A stretch of 52,636 nucleotides of DNA from an archaeon (GTDB lineage Archaea; Methanobacteriota_B; Thermococci; Methanofastidiosales; NM3). This document shows positions 47,683 through 52,636 of the stretch, piece after piece (the first letter of the stretch is position 1; every line of letters starts with the position of its first letter). Under the pieces are notes generated by a model. That model saw only the letters and a list, made by a program, of their open reading frames with translations, did not search any database and had not been told where the DNA came from. The position numbers were made by a program, and so were the translations under genes. Location of the stretch: the NCBI GenBank assembly GCA_004212155.1, contig RXIG01000014.1, positions 1 to 52,636 on the forward strand. The letters are read 5' to 3'.

Positions 47683-48804
47683 AACACGCCAGTGTTCTTC
47701 ATATGCGACCCGTTGAAGTTGCCCGGCTTCATCCATACGCAAAAGCGCAATCCCGCGACGAACTGCAAAGATGCAAACATGTTCTGGGACTTCCTCTCAC
47801 TAACGCCCGAGTCCACTCACCAGGTGAAGATTCTCTTCTCCGATCGCGGCACGCCAGCGACATACAGAAACATGAACGGCTATAGCAGCCATACATACAA
47901 ATGGTACAACGAGGGCGGGGAGGCGTTCTGGGTGAAATACCACTTCAAGACCGATCAGGGCATCAAGAATCTCACGAGACAGGAGGCCGAGGAGATGCGT
48001 GCCAAGTATCCAGACCGTGTCACACACGACCTTTACGAGGCGATAGAACGCGGCGACTACCCCTCATGGACGCTCGAGATGCAGATCATGCCTGTCGAGG
48101 AGGCAGAAAAGTACCGATTCGACGTGTTCGATGTGACCAGAGTATGACCGCATGGCGACTATCCACCTATGAAAGTGGGCAAATTGGTGTTCAATCGCAA
48201 TCAGGAGAACTACTTCGCCGAGGTCGAACAGGTAGCTTATGCCCCCAGCACGCTTGTGCAGGGTATAAGTTCTTTCCCGGACAAGATGCTCCAGGCACGG
48301 CTCTTCTCCCATCACGACACGCACATACACAGACTGGGCCCAAACTACCATCTCATCCACGTGAACTCGCCGAAGAACGTGCCTGAGACAAGCTACCAGC
48401 GAGACGGATTCATGCGTACCGATGCCAGTGGTGGAGGACCGAACTACTGGCCCAATTCGTTCGGCGGATCCACACCGGACATCGCAGCGAGCGAACCTCC
48501 GTTCGAGGTCACGGGAATTGCAGACCGTCATCCATATACGCATCCCAACAACGACGTCGTGCAGCCTGGTAATCTCTATTGCGACGTAATGACCGATATG
48601 GATCGCGAACACCTTGTGGGAAACGTCGTGGACCACCTGGGCGGTGCACAGAAACGCATCCAGCTACGCCAGGTTGCATTGTTCTACAATGCTGAAGAGG
48701 AGTACGGGTCGCGGGTCGCAGAAGGCCTCGGACTCGATGTGGGCAAGGTTGAGAACCTGGCCGGGATGACTAAGGAAGAGAGGGAGCGCGCCACCTCCAG
48801 GTAA
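47680..48804 (+). pseudogene. katA: Heme catalase pseudogene (N-terminus deleted, in-frame TGA at 48145-48147)
   Basis: NNTPVFF..DP, HQV.ILFSDRG, NGYSSHTY, VTRV*PHGDYP (stop at the conserved Trp), NYFAEVEQ, DKMLQARLFS. Confidence 0.88.
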
Positions 48805-48806
48805 GG

Positions 48807-49193
48807 TCATGGCCCGCCCTTTTCATTTTTTGTCTTCAGCAGGGCGATATGCATACTCACAGCAGCAGCTATAATCAGCAAAATGACCTGTACGTAGGCG
48901 CTTGTTACCACCATGAACGCAGAGAACAGTATCGTTACCCATAACAATAGGATGATAGCTATTTTCATCACGAGCGGTATGCCGCGCCCTTCACGGTAGT
49001 TGCGTATGTAATTTCCAAACAATCGATTGCCCAGTAGCCAGTTGTAGAATCTGTCCGAGCTTCGTGCGTAGCATCCTGCAGCTAACAGGAGGAACGGCGT
49101 TGTAGGCAATATGGGAACAAATATGCCTATGACCCCAAGACCGACTGAAACAGAACCAGACACGATGAGCACACCGCGCATCATGCCACCCAT
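48807..49193 (-). CDS. YbaN/DUF454 family membrane protein
   Basis: GVIGIFVPILPTTPFLLLAAGCYARSSDRFYNWL. Confidence 0.9.
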   Translation of the reverse strand: MGGMMRGVLIVSGSVSVGLGVIGIFVPILPTTPFLLLAAGCYARSSDRFYNWLLGNRLFGNYIRNYREGRGIPLVMKIAIILLLWVTILFSAFMVVTSAYVQVILLIIAAAVSMHIALLKTKNEKGGP

Positions 49194-49251
49194 TCGTATA
49201 TCACTTTCTTGGTAAGGCACGATGTGACTATCGCATTCCTTTTTTATAATT

Positions 49252-50718
49252 GTGATACCCTATACACTGTTAGTTCCCGTTCAAGACCCCCAATACGTGT
49301 CACACCCAACAAAATCCTTAATAGTGGCCGATTATAGTAGGTATGTGGAATTCGAACAGGGCGAAGGCAAGGGTATCATCGGGTGCAATGTATATCCCGC
49401 ACTCCTCAAGGAGCCCCTGGCACGCAGGAAGTTCGTATCCAAAGGACCATTGATCATCATAGCGCTCTCGCTCGTCCCGTTCTTGGTGCTTCTTATTAGC
49501 TACGTGGGTCGCCCAATGCCGTCTGTCCTGCTCTTTTTGGCTAAATCAACGGCATTCCTTGCGTTTGGAGGATTGTCGATGATGTTTCTTCTTTCCTCTC
49601 GTTTCACGTTCATCGATCGCATGTTTCGTGGCCTTGACAAATCATACTTCACCCACCATATCTTGGGGATAGCCGTCACGACCTTTATCGTGCTTCATCC
49701 CCTGTTCCTCGTTCTTAGGTATGGGGGTGTAACAAGCTTTTCCGACCTCTACTTCCTACCATGGAACGGCACGGGCTACCTGCTTGGATACATTGCCCTT
49801 ATCGTCCTTGCGGCGCTCATGTTCCTCACGATGTGTGCACGTCTGCATTATCAGACGTGGCTTACCACCCACAAAGGAATGGGCATCGTGCTCGTGCTTT
49901 CGTTCGTCCATGCCGTGCAGGTCGGCACCGACATCAATTACTCCACGACGTTACAGGCTGTCACGTGGGCATACTTCTCCGTGGGGCTCTCTTGCTTTCT
50001 CTATAAGCTTCTGTTCTATACGCGCACCGCGCCCCATACCACGGGACGCGTGGAGAGGGTGTCCGACCTCGGCAGCGTCACCGATGTCATCGTCGCCGCC
50101 GACGAGATATCACCGGAATTGCGGCCCGGCATGTTCTTCTATATCGATCTTCTCATCTCACGCGGAGAGTCAGAGCTTCACCCTTTCAGCGTATCAAGCA
50201 TACGCGACGGTAGGATACGGTTCTCGATTAAGAAGAGCGGCGATCATACAAAGAGGATCGATCCCTCTCTGGAAGGCGAACGCATACGCATGTACGGCCC
50301 GTATGGCGCTATCGCTAACGCTTACCTGTCATCCTCGCGCCCCATGCTGTGGATCGCAGGAGGCATCGGCATCACGCCGTTCCTCTCGATGCTCGAACAC
50401 GAAAAGCGACACCCCTCCGGGAGGAGCATTACGCTCATATGGTCGGTCACGAAGGTCGACGAGGCCCATTATACGAATGAGCTCGATGAGGTCGCAACAT
50501 CCCTTGATAACGTGACGTACATGTTGTGGTTGTCGGGGCGATCGGGCCGGCTCACCGTCGATAATGTTTTTGAGCATACCGACGTAGACATTTCTTCATC
50601 GATTATCGTCCTCTGTGGCCCCCTGCACATGATGTACGATCTCTCGCGGCAGTTCATGGAGCGAGGGGTGATCTCGCATGATATCATCTTCGAGTCGTTC
50701 GACTACCGCTACGAGTGA
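49252..50718 (+). CDS. Ferric reductase-like transmembrane + FAD/NAD-binding oxidoreductase (start uncertain)
   Basis: GLDKSYFTHH.LG...H, W..TH...H heme ligands, HPFS, GDHT, GPYG, IAGGIGITPF, CGP, ESF. Confidence 0.88.
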   Translation: MIPYTLLVPVQDPQYVSHPTKSLIVADYSRYVEFEQGEGKGIIGCNVYPALLKEPLARRKFVSKGPLIIIALSLVPFLVLLISYVGRPMPSVLLFLAKSTAFLAFGGLSMMFLLSSRFTFIDRMFRGLDKSYFTHHILGIAVTTFIVLHPLFLVLRYGGVTSFSDLYFLPWNGTGYLLGYIALIVLAALMFLTMCARLHYQTWLTTHKGMGIVLVLSFVHAVQVGTDINYSTTLQAVTWAYFSVGLSCFLYKLLFYTRTAPHTTGRVERVSDLGSVTDVIVAADEISPELRPGMFFYIDLLISRGESELHPFSVSSIRDGRIRFSIKKSGDHTKRIDPSLEGERIRMYGPYGAIANAYLSSSRPMLWIAGGIGITPFLSMLEHEKRHPSGRSITLIWSVTKVDEAHYTNELDEVATSLDNVTYMLWLSGRSGRLTVDNVFEHTDVDISSSIIVLCGPLHMMYDLSRQFMERGVISHDIIFESFDYRYE

Positions 50719-50823
50719 CAAGGATGTGGGGGACACGTTCGTTAATGGCCCCTCGTGAGGACGTCGTGGTGCCACCGTAAAAAAAAACAAAAACTTTAAA
50801 AAGGGTACCTTAAAATGAACAAT

Positions 50824-50897
50824 GGGCCGTTGGCTTAGTCTGGTAGAGCAATGGACTCTTAATCCATCGGTCGGGGGTTCGAATCCCTCACGGCCCG
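50824..50897 (+). tRNA. tRNA-Lys(CTT)
   Basis: Acceptor GGGCCGT/ACGGCCC, anticodon arm ATGGA-CTCTTAA-TCCAT, GGTTCGAATCC; CCA not encoded; TTTAAA box upstream and T-tract downstream. Confidence 0.96.
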
Positions 50898-50953
50898 CTT
50901 ATTTTTCCTTTTTTATCAACAATTATTTTAATCATCCAGTGATTTCTCCTATC

Positions 50954-51802
50954 ATGGAAGATGAGCACATCATGGAGACCATCGGGATGACCCGGGTCAT
51001 CATACGCGACGGGAAGGTCGTGTCCGTCGATACACCGAAGCTCACGTTTTGTCCGCTTTTCTACAAATACCGGGACATGCACGTCATCGACAGCGATACG
51101 GTGAGAAAGAACATCGAGCAGCGCATCAGCGAGTATGGGCTCTTCACCGAACGAAGGGACCTGTCCCAGGGAACGTTCGTAGGATTCGGCACATCCGAGA
51201 TATTCATGTCGGCGCTCAAGCGCGGCACGCTCGATGCCGTCGTGAGCGCATGCGACGGCGCCGGCACGGTCATCACCGCCTCTCCCGAGCTTGTCCAGGG
51301 CATCGGCGCCAGGCTATCTGGCCTCGTCAAGACCTCGCCCATACCCGCCGTTATCGAGCGTCTCGAGGCGCTGGGCGCGGCGGTGCTCGACCCGGACCAT
51401 GCATCCATCGAACAGGTCGCAGGCGTGCGCCGCGCGTTCGAGATGGGATTCGGGCGCGTGGGGGTGACCCTCGTCGACCCGGCAGAGGCACGCGCGTGCA
51501 AGTCGATAGCGTCTGGATCACAAGAGACGGTGACGTTTCTCGTCCATACGACAGGATTGCGCTGTACGGCCGACACCGCACGATGGTGCGACCTCGTGAC
51601 CGCGTGCGCTTCACGGGACATCAGGGAGCATGTGTCAAAAAGGGCCCTTCTCCAGGCGGGCAAGTCGATACCGATATATGCGATGACCTCTCGGGGCAAG
51701 GAGTTGCTCCTCGACAGGGCCAAGGACGTCACGCGCCCAATGGTGATATATCCCTCGCCGCTCCCTGCGCTTCAGGGCGACCAACCGGAGCCGTTGCTAT
51801 AA
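50954..51802 (+). CDS. Methanogenesis marker 8 protein (DUF2099)
   Basis: DEHIME.IG.TRVIIRDGKVV, FCPLF, FVGFGTSE, ACDGAGTV, QGIGARLSGLVKTSP, HTTG, ACAS. Confidence 0.85.
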   Translation: MEDEHIMETIGMTRVIIRDGKVVSVDTPKLTFCPLFYKYRDMHVIDSDTVRKNIEQRISEYGLFTERRDLSQGTFVGFGTSEIFMSALKRGTLDAVVSACDGAGTVITASPELVQGIGARLSGLVKTSPIPAVIERLEALGAAVLDPDHASIEQVAGVRRAFEMGFGRVGVTLVDPAEARACKSIASGSQETVTFLVHTTGLRCTADTARWCDLVTACASRDIREHVSKRALLQAGKSIPIYAMTSRGKELLLDRAKDVTRPMVIYPSPLPALQGDQPEPLL

Positions 51803-51834
51803 AAACGGCATGTAGTAAAAAAGGATGTAAGGGC

Positions 51835-52326
51835 CTAGAGGCCCTTTGCATTTTCGATAAGCTCTGCTGCAGACTTTTTGGAGATGCCCTTAATCTCGGA
51901 CAGGGCGTCCACGTCGGCCCCTGCGATGTCCTCTGCAGAGGAGTATCCTGCCTCACGCAGCCGCTCGGCGGTCTTCGGTCCGACGCCCGCGATCTCTTCG
52001 AGTGGCACACCCTCCTTCTTCGGTGCGGGCTTTGCCTTCTCCTTTTTGGGCGTTTCCTTTTTGGTCGCCTTAGATTTCGTTTCCTTGGCGGGCCGCGGGG
52101 TCTCCTCAACAGGCTCAGTGACGTTCTCGATCTGTTCCATTATCATCCTGAGCGACTCGATGTTTTCCTCGCGCACGCTTTGTCTCAACGTGTCAACGGG
52201 AAGGCCCATCCAGAGCGTTTCCTTCACCGAGAGGCCTGTGGCCTCCAACTCTCCACGGGAAAATCCCCTCCCCCTGCGGATCTTTGATTGATTCTTATAA
52301 ATGATATGTACTTTTGGTTCAATCAT
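51835..52326 (-). CDS. rpl13e: Ribosomal protein eL13-like domain fused to C-terminal helix-hairpin-helix domain
   Basis: RRGRGFSRGEL.ATGL...GLPVD...S..EENIESL, Lys/Glu/Pro linker, LEEIAGVGPKTAERL.EAGY...IKGISKKSA. Confidence 0.75.
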   Translation of the reverse strand: MIEPKVHIIYKNQSKIRRGRGFSRGELEATGLSVKETLWMGLPVDTLRQSVREENIESLRMIMEQIENVTEPVEETPRPAKETKSKATKKETPKKEKAKPAPKKEGVPLEEIAGVGPKTAERLREAGYSSAEDIAGADVDALSEIKGISKKSAAELIENAKGL

Positions 52327-52383
52327 GGTCATCACCTTTGGAGGAGAACTGCAGGAATAACTTTATAAATGTTTCTTAATGGC

Positions 52384-52636
52384 TGCTTGGTTGCACATAA
52401 ACGCAACCTTGAACATAAAGGTCCTTTCCACTGAACATACGCCCCTATCCTTCTTTTTTCCCAATTGTTATACGCTATCCCTTACCTATTTTCTTTATGC
52501 GTTCTCATCCCAGTAACTGTCGTGTACGCGTATCGCACCCGCCAGGTGGCGCTGCGGGACAGCCACTTCTCCCGCTGGTGCCACCTGGCAAAGAACGTCT
52601 ACAATCGGGCCAACTACATCGTGCGCCAGGAGTTCT
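52384..52636 (+). mobile_element. Left end of a tnpB-carrying IS element (continues beyond window)
   Basis: Same left end as the 19701 copy, with three TG(C/A)ACAT repeats at identical 18- and 22-bp spacing, followed by the tnpB start. Confidence 0.85.
52522..52636 (+). CDS. tnpB: TnpB RNA-guided endonuclease, N-terminus (truncated by window edge)
   Basis: GTG start; YAYRTRQVALRDSHFSRWCHLAKNVYNRANYIVRQEF fits the TnpB N-terminal pattern C(H)xxKNxYNxANY.IRQ. Confidence 0.8.
   Translation, partial: MYAYRTRQVALRDSHFSRWCHLAKNVYNRANYIVRQEF

Noticed and set aside
48145-48147. In-frame TGA in catalase as selenocysteine or recoding
   Set aside because: It sits at a conserved Trp in a gene already lacking its N-terminus, and TGA is a normal stop elsewhere in the window.
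50740-50760. attR copy of the tRNA-His 3' end
   Set aside because: Only 7 bp (TGGCCCC) match, which is chance level.

Overview
Archaeal chromosomal window, most likely a Thermococci/Methanofastidiosia-related euryarchaeote (inferred from the Thermococcales-type PriL, RadA/RPA, fibrillarin-Nop5, Elp3, methanogenesis marker 8 and TPR-rich surface proteins). It is gene-dense and mostly GC-rich housekeeping DNA, with about 55 CDS, tRNA-His(GTG) and tRNA-Lys(CTT). The main unexplained structure is an AT-rich trough at about 21-26 kb that runs through ordinary core genes (cca, thpR, a PRTase, rpiA). It carries at least 7 exact copies, plus degenerate tandem and palindromic variants, of GATGTCATTGA, five of the exact copies lying inside coding sequence. 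These centre on two convergent uncharacterised DNA-binding genes: a YlxM-like HTH, and an amphipathic-helix/coiled-coil/winged-helix protein. This is a candidate centromere-like chromosome-anchoring locus or a non-Cdc6 origin. Other points: a tnpB element at the right edge and its 381-bp internally deleted derivative with inverted ends at 19.7-20.1 kb; a PriL with an inserted winged helix; an eL13-HhH fusion; a CD1871A-thioredoxin fusion redox module; three tandem M42 peptidases; several small ORFs missed by the ORF track; and a decaying catalase/DOMON/ferric-reductase block between the two tRNAs. All calls rest on motif recognition only; no searches were run.
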